Origin: a virus
IMG/VR virus record: IMGVR_UViG_3300021963_000037
Span: 75,481 to 139,480 of that record
Strand: one strand, 5' to 3'
Length of the DNA stretch: 64,000 bases
The position numbers were made by a program, and so were the translations under genes. Each line of letters opens with the position of its first letter. Within the stretch, counting starts at the first letter, position 1. This document shows positions 56,624 to 64,000 of the stretch, piece after piece. The notes beneath the pieces were generated by a model. The model did not search any database and had not been told where the DNA came from. It saw only the letters and a program-made list of their open reading frames with translations.

Positions 56624-56842
56624 ATGTCAAACAAACTAACTAGGAAACTTCAGGTACTAATTACCGATGAAGAAGTCCAAGCTCTAAATATAATCATTTT
56701 AAATGATGCACTAGAAGCTGAACAAAGACCCATTTCGGTTTCGGCATTTATTAGAGAACTAATAAGAAGAGAAATTGAAAGACGTCCCGAATTAAGTAAA
56801 GAATGGGACAAAACACGCATTAAACACTTAAAATCAAAGTAA
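56624..56842 (+). CDS. Ribbon-helix-helix DNA-binding protein
   Basis: KLQVLITDEE...SVSAFIRELI; AATATATA box at 56596-56603. Confidence 0.7.
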   Translation: MSNKLTRKLQVLITDEEVQALNIIILNDALEAEQRPISVSAFIRELIRREIERRPELSKEWDKTRIKHLKSK

Positions 56843-56843
56843 T

Positions 56844-57809
56844 ATGGCAAACAACAAGAATCAAAACGACGAAACAAACATGGAAGAACAGTACCGTAAA
56901 ATGGTAGAAGCTAAAGAAGCTCAAGAAAATCAAGTAGAAGAAAGAGTTGACTTAGGAAAAGTAAACATGGACCGTTATGCAACACAAACTGCAGCAGATC
57001 CAGATTTACACTTAGGTTATCATTCAATCGATATTACTGGATTACCATCAGGTGGAAGATTCTATCCAAGTGATGCAAAAATGGCAATTAGACCAGCTCA
57101 AGTTGCTGAAGTAAGACATTTCTCAACAATCGACGAAGGTAACTTATTAGATATTGAGGACAAATTAAATCACATTGTAAAAAACTGTGTTAGATTCCAG
57201 TGCGGAGCAAAAGTGTTATCATACAAAGACATTTTAGAAGAGGATAGAATTTATATTCTATTATCAATCAGAGACTTAACATTCCCTGAACCAGAATCTA
57301 AATTAACTATCAAAGCAACAACTAAAGATGGTGAAGAATTCGATGCTGAACTTTCAGCTAGATATTTTCAATTGTCTCAAATTCCAGATGAAATTGCAAA
57401 ATATTATGACGATGAAAAACGCGCATTTGCAATTCAAACTAAAAGCTTTGGTACAATTTACATGAGACCACCTTCAATTGGTGTTATGGAATCAGTAACA
57501 AATTACATTAAAGTTCGTCAAGTTGAGAAAAAAGCTTGGGATCAATCTTATTTACAAATCATTCCTTACCTAACTTTAGATTGGAGAGGATTTAATGATG
57601 AGAAAATCTTTAAAGGTGAAATCGAGTTCCACAGTTGGAACACACAAAAGTATTCATTAATATATAGACTCGCAGAAAAAATGCGAATTGGGGTACAACC
57701 TGAAATGTTGGTGCCACACGAGGATGAGGAGGTCCTTGTAACTATCGGCTTTCGTGACGGGATCAAATCTCTTTTCGTTGTTCAAGATATCGCTGGAGAA
57801 CTTCTTTAA
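56844..57809 (+). CDS. Baseplate hub protein (gp26-like)
   Basis: LPSGGRFY, IRP, DR.YILLSIR, MRPP, GIKSLF. Confidence 0.75.
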   Translation: MANNKNQNDETNMEEQYRKMVEAKEAQENQVEERVDLGKVNMDRYATQTAADPDLHLGYHSIDITGLPSGGRFYPSDAKMAIRPAQVAEVRHFSTIDEGNLLDIEDKLNHIVKNCVRFQCGAKVLSYKDILEEDRIYILLSIRDLTFPEPESKLTIKATTKDGEEFDAELSARYFQLSQIPDEIAKYYDDEKRAFAIQTKSFGTIYMRPPSIGVMESVTNYIKVRQVEKKAWDQSYLQIIPYLTLDWRGFNDEKIFKGEIEFHSWNTQKYSLIYRLAEKMRIGVQPEMLVPHEDEEVLVTIGFRDGIKSLFVVQDIAGELL

Positions 57810-58059
57810 GACGAAGTTCTATCTCATGTATCATCTGCATTTACAACCATCTGAGATCGATAGACTTGACTATTACGAATATTGGTACATCGTTAAAGAC
57901 CTTGCAGACTATATTAAGAGACAGAATGACGGACAAAAAGGTCAAGAAGAAGGTGCAATGGAGAAATATGGAGATCCTCAAAAAATGGCAAAAGCAAAAA
58001 TGCCTAATATGAAAGCTCCATCATTCAAAACACCAAGTTTCAAGACTCCTAAGTTCTAA
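57754..58059 (+). CDS. Baseplate hub assembly chaperone (gp51-like); start uncertain
   Basis: SLENFFKTKFYLMYH...SEIDRL.YYE. Confidence 0.7.
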   Translation: MTGSNLFSLFKISLENFFKTKFYLMYHLHLQPSEIDRLDYYEYWYIVKDLADYIKRQNDGQKGQEEGAMEKYGDPQKMAKAKMPNMKAPSFKTPSFKTPKF

Positions 58060-58094
58060 GCTTGATATATAGTAAAAAATAAGATTCATAGATT

Positions 58095-61000
58095 TTGAGT
58101 ATCTTTAAAAGTCCATTTGAACGACTATCAGTCGATAATCTTACATATATTAGTACATCCACCCAGATTACTGCAGAAGCAGTTAGTCCGGGTGGAATAC
58201 TATTTGGTAAGGTTGAAGAGATGGTTCGATTATTAAAAACCATTGCTAAAAATACCGCAAACTCTGGTAAACAATCCGGTGGAAATTCTGGCGGTGGAGG
58301 AGGAATGGGTATTGGAAATGCAATTGCCCTAAAAATAGTTGGTGGTAAAGGACTTGAAGGTATCGGTAAAGGATTAGCAGCAATCGTTGATGCCATCGAA
58401 TCTATGAAATCGAATAGTAAAGAATTTAAAGCAAAAGCAGAAGCTTTAGTTTTAACAATTGATGCTATTTCAAAAATTGGACCAGCAATTCTTAAATTTG
58501 CCGGTTATTTATTCTTAGCAACACCTCTATTAATAGTTGGTATGATAGCTGCTCCATTATTTGGATTGGCATTATTCATTATAGCAAAAGTTTTACAATT
58601 TGCATCAAAACCTTTATCAGATCCAAAAACACAACAGGCATTAATTGCAATGGGTGATGTTGCAAAAGCAATCTTATTATTTGGAGTTGCTTTAGTTCTA
58701 GCATCGGTAATTTATCCAGCTGGAATGTCTGCATTACCATATATTGTAATTTCATTATTAGCAATTGGAGGACTCTTCTTTTTGTTAGATAAAATGGGAA
58801 TTGATAAATCTATGAAACGAATCAGTATTGGATTAATGTTCGCTGCTGGAGCAATCGTTTTATTAGGACTTGCATTCTTATTAGTAGATACAATGTATCA
58901 AGCAATGGACGATCCCGCAATGACAATGTTAATGATTGCTGGAATGGTTGTTGGTGTTGCTGTAGTATTCTGGTTAGCTGGTAAATTTGCTAAAGAGATA
59001 CTTTTAGGTTCTCTTGTTATGATATTTGCTGCAATCCCAATTATATTATTAGGAGTTGCAGTTTCTATATTTGCAGCATCTATTACTCCAGATGAAGCTG
59101 GTTGGATTACAATTGGTCAAATTGGAGCATTAGTTACTGGAGTTGGTCTTGTTATGGGACTTGCTGGAGCTGCAGCACCTTTTATACTTGCAGGAGCTGC
59201 AGCAATGATTGTTGCTGGACTTGCATTAGTATTTGTTTCTTTAGGAGCAGCAGCAATGGCTAAGTTATTTAGTACAGCTGATATGAGCAAAATGCTCGGA
59301 GATTCAGGACATGAAACTGAAGGATTTATGGGATTTGGTGGTGGAAGAATGATGAGTAATATGGAGTGGTTGATGTTATCAATCGCACGTTCATTTACTC
59401 TTAATCCTCTTTCAATTGCTTCAATGTACGCTACTGCACCTGCAATGGTTCTAGTAGGAGTTGCATTAGCAACAGTCGCTTATGGAATTAAAAAAGTTCA
59501 AGATTTAAATATTGATTATGACGCTTTACCAAATCAAATTGGTAAATTAGTTACTGTTTTAGCTGGAGCCTTTGGTGCAATTGGTGAACAATTTCCTGGA
59601 GGTAGAAAAAGCGTATTAAGCCGTATTTTCGGTGGAGGTTCTCAATCTGCGGTTGCAGATGGTATCGATGCTGTAATGGGAATGGGAGATGCTTTATCTT
59701 CTATTGCTCAAGGTGTACAAGCAATGGCTGACTTAAAGTTCCCAGTTTATACAGGAACTAAGATTACAAGTTACTTTACACTATCTAGTGACACATTCAA
59801 AAAGGTTAATGATAATATCAATTTAATTGTTGGTTCACTAAGTAATACATTTGGTGAATTAGGAGCTAAATATCCAGGTGGTCGTAATGGTTTAATGAGT
59901 AGAATCTTCGGTGGAGGAGGTCCTCAATCTGCAGTAGCTGATGGTATTTCATCAGTTATGGGAATGGGAGAGGTATTAACTTCAATCGCCGGAGGAGTTC
60001 AAGCAATGGCTAATCTAAAGTTCCCAATTTACACAGGAACTAAAATTACTGGATATACAACAATTAGTACAGATACTTTCCCTAAGTTAGATGCTAATAT
60101 TAAAATGATCGTTGACTCTTTAAGTAGAACATTTGGTGAAATTGGACTTCAATATCCCGGTGGTCAAAAGAGTTTAATGAATATGATTTTTGGTGGAGGT
60201 GGTAATGCTGTAACCGATGGTATTGGAGCTGTTATGGGAATGGGAGATGCTCTTGCTGAAATTGCAAAAGGAGTACAAGCATTTGCTGACTTAAAGATTC
60301 CAATCTATAAAAATGGTAAAATTTCAGGATATGAATCAATGTCTCCTGAAACATTTGTTAAAGTTGAACAGAACATTAGAATGATGGTTCTTGGTTTAAC
60401 TAAAACAATGGGAGAGATTGGTAATAACCCAGATGCTCAAAGTGATTGGGGTTGGTTTGGTTCTTCTAAAATTGAAGATGGTGTTGAAGTTGTAACAAGT
60501 TTTGCAGATCCAATTAAGAAAATTGCCGATGCTGCTAAAACATTTATGGAAACTAACGTTGATCCAGCTGCATTAAATACTAAAATCCAAGGAGTTATTA
60601 GTGGAATGACTGGTGCTCTTTCAAGTGCTGGTAATGATACTGCACAAATAGGATTTTCAATAGCATTAGGAAATGTTGCAGATAAAATGAAGGTAATTGC
60701 AGAGAATATTGATCCATGGGTTAAATTTGTAGATAACTTCAAGAAGTACGTTGATGATATGGGTAGACTTAAAGATACCTTAAATTCATTTGACAAAGTT
60801 AACTTGAAATTCACAAGTGATATGTTCCAAGGACTTGCATATCTTTCTGGTTATAAAGGAGCTGGTTCAATTAATCAAATGAGTTCCGCACTTAACGATT
60901 CAATCAAACAATTAACATTGATGATCGAAGAATTTAAGAAATCTGTTGTTACTCCTCCTGCACCTGTAACATCAACTGTACCAGATACAAGTCCAGTTAA

Positions 61001-61133
61001 AAAACCTGGAGGCGCAGTTGCTGCACCGGCTGGAAAACCAAATCCAGCAGATTCGAAACCTTCAATTACAATTGCTCAACTAGAATCTATGTTGAATAGA
61101 ATTGTTTTAAAGGTAGATACCGAAATGCAATAA
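58095..61133 (+). CDS. Tape measure protein
   Basis: 1012 aa, Ala/Gly-rich, hydrophobic N-half, internal repeats; follows hub genes; GATATATA at 58064-58071; TTG start. Confidence 0.75.
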   Translation: MSIFKSPFERLSVDNLTYISTSTQITAEAVSPGGILFGKVEEMVRLLKTIAKNTANSGKQSGGNSGGGGGMGIGNAIALKIVGGKGLEGIGKGLAAIVDAIESMKSNSKEFKAKAEALVLTIDAISKIGPAILKFAGYLFLATPLLIVGMIAAPLFGLALFIIAKVLQFASKPLSDPKTQQALIAMGDVAKAILLFGVALVLASVIYPAGMSALPYIVISLLAIGGLFFLLDKMGIDKSMKRISIGLMFAAGAIVLLGLAFLLVDTMYQAMDDPAMTMLMIAGMVVGVAVVFWLAGKFAKEILLGSLVMIFAAIPIILLGVAVSIFAASITPDEAGWITIGQIGALVTGVGLVMGLAGAAAPFILAGAAAMIVAGLALVFVSLGAAAMAKLFSTADMSKMLGDSGHETEGFMGFGGGRMMSNMEWLMLSIARSFTLNPLSIASMYATAPAMVLVGVALATVAYGIKKVQDLNIDYDALPNQIGKLVTVLAGAFGAIGEQFPGGRKSVLSRIFGGGSQSAVADGIDAVMGMGDALSSIAQGVQAMADLKFPVYTGTKITSYFTLSSDTFKKVNDNINLIVGSLSNTFGELGAKYPGGRNGLMSRIFGGGGPQSAVADGISSVMGMGEVLTSIAGGVQAMANLKFPIYTGTKITGYTTISTDTFPKLDANIKMIVDSLSRTFGEIGLQYPGGQKSLMNMIFGGGGNAVTDGIGAVMGMGDALAEIAKGVQAFADLKIPIYKNGKISGYESMSPETFVKVEQNIRMMVLGLTKTMGEIGNNPDAQSDWGWFGSSKIEDGVEVVTSFADPIKKIADAAKTFMETNVDPAALNTKIQGVISGMTGALSSAGNDTAQIGFSIALGNVADKMKVIAENIDPWVKFVDNFKKYVDDMGRLKDTLNSFDKVNLKFTSDMFQGLAYLSGYKGAGSINQMSSALNDSIKQLTLMIEEFKKSVVTPPAPVTSTVPDTSPVKKPGGAVAAPAGKPNPADSKPSITIAQLESMLNRIVLKVDTEMQ
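59572..60350 (+). repeat. Three roughly 93-aa coding repeats in tape measure
   Basis: FG.(I/L)G..(F/Y)PGG....IFGGG...AV.DGI..VMGMG..L..IA.GVQA.A.LK.P.Y occurs three times. Confidence 0.85.
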
Positions 61134-61135
61134 TT

Positions 61136-61162
61136 TAAACAATTTCTGAAAAGGTTATATAA
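61136..61162 (+). promoter_or_regulatory. Putative middle promoter TAAAC-N17-TATAA (tRNA)
   Basis: 17-nt spacer motif ending 9 nt before tRNA. Confidence 0.65.
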
Positions 61163-61171
61163 GAAATATTA

Positions 61172-61256
61172 GGAAGATTGGCAGAGTGGTCGATCGCGGC
61201 AGTCTTGAAAACTGTTGTACTGCAAGGTACCGTAGGTTCGAATCCTACATCTTCCG
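61172..61256 (+). tRNA. tRNA-Ser(UGA), CCA not encoded
   Basis: Acceptor GGAAGAT/ATCTTCC, anticodon arm GCAGT-CTTGAAA-ACTGT, long variable arm, T arm GTAGG-TTCGAAT-CCTAC, discriminator G. Confidence 0.95.
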
Positions 61257-61259
61257 CAA

Positions 61260-62126
61260 AAGTGGTGCCAAACACTTGAGGCCCTGAGTCAATAATGGCT
61301 TTGGAACTATCATAAAGGTAGTAAAAGGGTTTTAAACAAAAAGGAAAATCACATGAGTACACAAAAAATGGCAGCTATTGCTGTCAAAAACAACCGACTA
61401 AAAGCCTATAAAGGCAACAGCGAAGACGTATTTTATCTTAAAGATGAAGACGAATTCCAAATCGAATTATTTAATCCAAAACAATATCCAGTTCTTGCAA
61501 AGATTTGGATGAATGGTAAAGTAATTTCAAACAGTGGTCTAGTTCTTAGACCAGGTCAACACTTCTTTTTAGAACGTTATATTGACACTAACAACAAATT
61601 CGTTTTTAGAACTTATGATGTTGACGGTGAAAACAAAGAAGTTTTAAAAGCAATTGAAGACAATGGATCTGTAAAGGTTATTTTCTACAGAGAAAAAATC
61701 AAACAAATCCCAAGTTACCCAATTCCTCGCGGACCTTTTATCACAACAACACAGTACCCTTATTTTGGTACTACAGGAAATCCAATTACTTACAGTACAA
61801 ATACTGCATTTTTTAGTTCAACTGGATCAGCACCAATTGCTGGATCGGTATCTTATACTAACAATGCAAGTTTAAAAAGTTTTGAAACTGGAAGAGTTGA
61901 AATGGGAGAAAGTTCCAATCAAGATTTTGGAACCATAGATATGGATTTTGAAAATTATCCATGCGAAACTGTTACAATGAAAATTATGGCAGAATCTAAT
62001 AAACCAATCGAAGTTTCAGATATTAGAAATTATTGTTCTGATTGTGGAACTAGAATGAAGAAACAAACTTGGAAATTCTGTCCAAACTGCGGAAGCAAAA
62101 TAGATTAAAATTAACTGGCACCACTT
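61260..62126. repeat. 11-bp inverted repeat bracketing one gene
   Basis: AAGTGGTGCCA (61260-61270) and TGGCACCACTT (62116-62126). Confidence 0.75.
61353..62108 (+). CDS. Hypothetical beta-rich protein with C-terminal zinc ribbon
   Basis: C-terminal CSDCG...FCPNCG; low-complexity T/S/P linker. Confidence 0.75.
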   Translation: MSTQKMAAIAVKNNRLKAYKGNSEDVFYLKDEDEFQIELFNPKQYPVLAKIWMNGKVISNSGLVLRPGQHFFLERYIDTNNKFVFRTYDVDGENKEVLKAIEDNGSVKVIFYREKIKQIPSYPIPRGPFITTTQYPYFGTTGNPITYSTNTAFFSSTGSAPIAGSVSYTNNASLKSFETGRVEMGESSNQDFGTIDMDFENYPCETVTMKIMAESNKPIEVSDIRNYCSDCGTRMKKQTWKFCPNCGSKID

Positions 62127-62130
62127 GATA

Positions 62131-62159
62131 AAAAAAGCTCTTCTTAGAAGAGCTTTTTT
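62131..62159. terminator. Bidirectional intrinsic terminator
   Basis: AAAAAAGCTCTTC-TTA-GAAGAGCTTTTTT between convergent genes. Confidence 0.85.
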
Positions 62160-62164
62160 AATTT

Positions 62165-62299
62165 TTAGCGACCTTGTCCACGGTACTTACTAACTTTTCG
62201 GGCATGTTTATTTTTACCTTTAGAAGCTTTACCGCTTTTTCTTTTTCCAAATTGAACTTTCATTGAATTTGAACCACCGCCTTTAGAACCTTTTGCCAT
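62165..62299 (-). CDS. Small highly basic protein ending YRGQGR
   Basis: MAKGSKGGGSNSMKVQFGKRKSGKASKGKNKHARKVSKYRGQGR*; 44 aa, not in ORF track. Confidence 0.75.
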   Translation of the reverse strand: MAKGSKGGGSNSMKVQFGKRKSGKASKGKNKHARKVSKYRGQGR

Positions 62300-62385
62300 G
62301 ATGATAGAAAGTATTTTTAAGGGTTTTGTTATTTATTTTCGTTGATTCAAAAAAATATCACAAAAAAGTTTTACCGTTTGAAAAT

Positions 62386-62404
62386 AATTGTTTATATTTA
62401 CATA
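62386..62404 (+). promoter_or_regulatory. Putative early (host RNAP) promoter AATTGTTTATATTTACATA
   Basis: 19-bp exact match to the other two copies. Confidence 0.7.
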
Positions 62405-62417
62405 TCAAATTAGAATT

Positions 62418-62666
62418 ATGGGAGCAACATCATTAATAGTAGGACAAAGATTAAAAAGTACAATCGGACAATTTGCAGTTTTAGCACTGTACAATGGACA
62501 TATTGATCCATTGATGCATCTTTCTGAGATAATGGGAATCACTCCTGTCAATGAAGATACTGAAGTACATGATATTATAGACCATTTACTTAAGGTTGCT
62601 GATAGTGAAGACGATACATACTTTCACACTATAGCACCAAAGTTGATTGAATTTTGTTATATTTAA
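62418..62666 (+). CDS. Hypothetical early protein
   Basis: ATG at 62418 downstream of promoter. Confidence 0.6.
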   Translation: MGATSLIVGQRLKSTIGQFAVLALYNGHIDPLMHLSEIMGITPVNEDTEVHDIIDHLLKVADSEDDTYFHTIAPKLIEFCYI

Positions 62667-62690
62667 ACTTTTTTGGAAAGCTACATATAA
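62664..62690 (+). promoter_or_regulatory. Putative middle promoter TAAAC-N17-TATAA
   Basis: 17-nt spacer motif. Confidence 0.65.
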
Positions 62691-62709
62691 CTAAAATATA
62701 AGTATAATT

Positions 62710-63435
62710 ATGAGAATAACTTTAATATCAGATACTCACACTAAGCATGATGAACTTATGTGGGATAAAACAGATCTTCCAGGTGGAGACTTGTTGATTC
62801 ATGCTGGAGACTTTATGAATTCAGGATATAATTCAAATGACATTACCAGTTTTTGTAAATGGTTTAATGAATTAGAACAATATGACTATAAAGTCTTTAT
62901 TGCTGGAAATCACGATAGAAAATTTGAAGATAAGCCAGAACAAGCAATGGAAATCGTTAATTCATATAAGTGGATTGATTATTTACAAGATGATTGGATT
63001 ATAGTTGGAGATGACGATCCACATGCTGCAAATGTAAAAACTGCTAAAATCTACGGTAGTCCTTGGCAACCAGAATTCTACAATTGGGCATTTAACTTAC
63101 CAAAAGGCGGACCTGGTCTAATGTCAAAATGGGAAGCAATTCCAAAGGACACTGATATTTTAATCACACATGGTCCAGCACAAGGTCACTTAGATATGAG
63201 TGGACCTCCATATAATGAACCAAATTTAGGCTGTGCCTTATTAAGAGAAAAATTAGATGAACAACCTCCGAAAATACATGTATGCGGACATATTCATGGT
63301 GGATATGGTTACAAGTTCCATAATGGAACTCATTACTTTAATGCTTCCATTCTAAATGAACGATACGAATACGTAAATAAACCAGTTACATTTGATTGGG
63401 ACCCAGAAACAAATGAAATAACATTTTTAAACTAA
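62710..63435 (+). CDS. Calcineurin-like metallophosphoesterase (MPPED/239FB-like)
   Basis: SDTH, HAGD, AGNHD, YGSPWQP, THGP, GHIH. Confidence 0.92.
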   Translation: MRITLISDTHTKHDELMWDKTDLPGGDLLIHAGDFMNSGYNSNDITSFCKWFNELEQYDYKVFIAGNHDRKFEDKPEQAMEIVNSYKWIDYLQDDWIIVGDDDPHAANVKTAKIYGSPWQPEFYNWAFNLPKGGPGLMSKWEAIPKDTDILITHGPAQGHLDMSGPPYNEPNLGCALLREKLDEQPPKIHVCGHIHGGYGYKFHNGTHYFNASILNERYEYVNKPVTFDWDPETNEITFLN

Positions 63436-63440
63436 AAATT

Positions 63441-64000
63441 ATGGAAGTTAGCTTTGCAGATACATTTAGTAAGAGTCTTAAACGATTGATTTGGCATGAA
63501 AGCCGAATCTATAAGTTTTATGCATTTTTTAGATATGACATCAAACGTTTTATTAAAAATGTTTGGCGTTTTAGAAAAGCTTTAGCTAATTATTATTGGT
63601 GGGATCATCATGGAACTTTAATGTTTATGGAGATTGGATTAACTCACATGGCCGAAAATCTTGAAAAACATGGAATGGAGATTGAATTGCCAAGAATGAA
63701 AAAGGTTGCTGCAATGAAAAGAGCTGTTGAAATCATTAAGACATATAATCAAAGCAATTATATTGAAATGGCTGAAGCAGAATTAGGAGAGATTGTTCAT
63801 CATGAATGGGAATTTGAAGATGTACCAGACAAACCTGGCTATTCTCGACTTGTTGACCATGATACTCCAGCCGAAAAGAAACATAACCGTAAAGTTTATG
63901 ATCGTGCTCGTCAAATTGAAGAACAAGAATGGAAAGAACTTTTTAGACTTTTACACGGTCAAAATCATAAAGATTATAAGAAGTACGAGAAAACTTTAAC
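63441..64000 (+). CDS. Hypothetical protein (truncated by window end)
   Basis: Open frame MEVSFADTFSKSLKRLIWHES...YYWWDHH... running off the end. Confidence 0.7.
   Translation, partial: MEVSFADTFSKSLKRLIWHESRIYKFYAFFRYDIKRFIKNVWRFRKALANYYWWDHHGTLMFMEIGLTHMAENLEKHGMEIELPRMKKVAAMKRAVEIIKTYNQSNYIEMAEAELGEIVHHEWEFEDVPDKPGYSRLVDHDTPAEKKHNRKVYDRARQIEEQEWKELFRLLHGQNHKDYKKYEKTL

Noticed and set aside
654-60814. Numerous 60-146 aa minus-strand or alternate-frame ORFs in the track (e.g. 4169-4573, 4829-5269, 5909-6253, 34411-34728, 43979-44257, 60437-60814)
   Set aside because: They are shadows fully overlapping well-supported genes, with Ser/Phe/Leu-rich composition expected from antisense of Glu/Lys codons
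61279-61332. Hammerhead ribozyme in the three-way junction
   Set aside because: CTGAG is not followed by the CUGANGA core and GAAA is not correctly placed
61135-61362. 75-aa minus-strand ORF
   Set aside because: It is the antisense of tRNA-Ser and the adjacent leader
63793-63999. 68-aa ORF at window end
   Set aside because: Out-of-frame overlap with the longer open frame starting at 63441
1-64000. Stop-codon reassignment
   Set aside because: Core genes are full length in the standard code; TGA (15668) and TAG (34732) act as stops, and the tRNA anticodon UGA reads Ser UCA rather than a stop

Overview
AT-rich 64-kb segment of a large T4-related myovirus genome (inferred Bacteroidota host: Bacteroidota-like TATATTTAC promoter boxes, A-rich leaders without Shine-Dalgarno). 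Almost everything is on the + strand in the standard genetic code. It holds the T4-type replication/recombination core (gp32, gp61, UvsY, UvsW, split gp43A/gp43B separated by nrdB-nrdA-gp45, UvsX, gp41, gp47/46, gp44/62, RNase H) and late transcription genes (short gp55, probable gp33). The virion module comprises gp15, gp4, gp2, portal, a protease-scaffold fusion, MCP, neck, terminases, sheath, tube, hub and tape measure, followed by one tRNA-Ser(UGA). Two accessory blocks stand out. (1) 14.3-21.0 kb is a putative DNA-hypermodification locus built around a myo-inositol-1-phosphate synthase, with a HAD phosphatase, a T4 beta-glucosyltransferase homolog, a BGT-N/SGNH chimera, an FkbM methyltransferase, an aGPT-Pplase/HhH-fold protein and nucleotide pyrophosphatases. 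Two of these enzymes end in the same xSLF tail as the DNA polymerase, suggesting tethering to the sliding clamp. (2) 4.8-13.7 kb encodes proteins with capsid-targeting-like and protease-site motifs, including ligase-like, HIGH-nucleotidyltransferase and nuclease enzymes that may be injected. Three promoter classes and several candidate structured RNAs are readable directly from the sequence. All family calls are from motif recognition by eye, not database searches.
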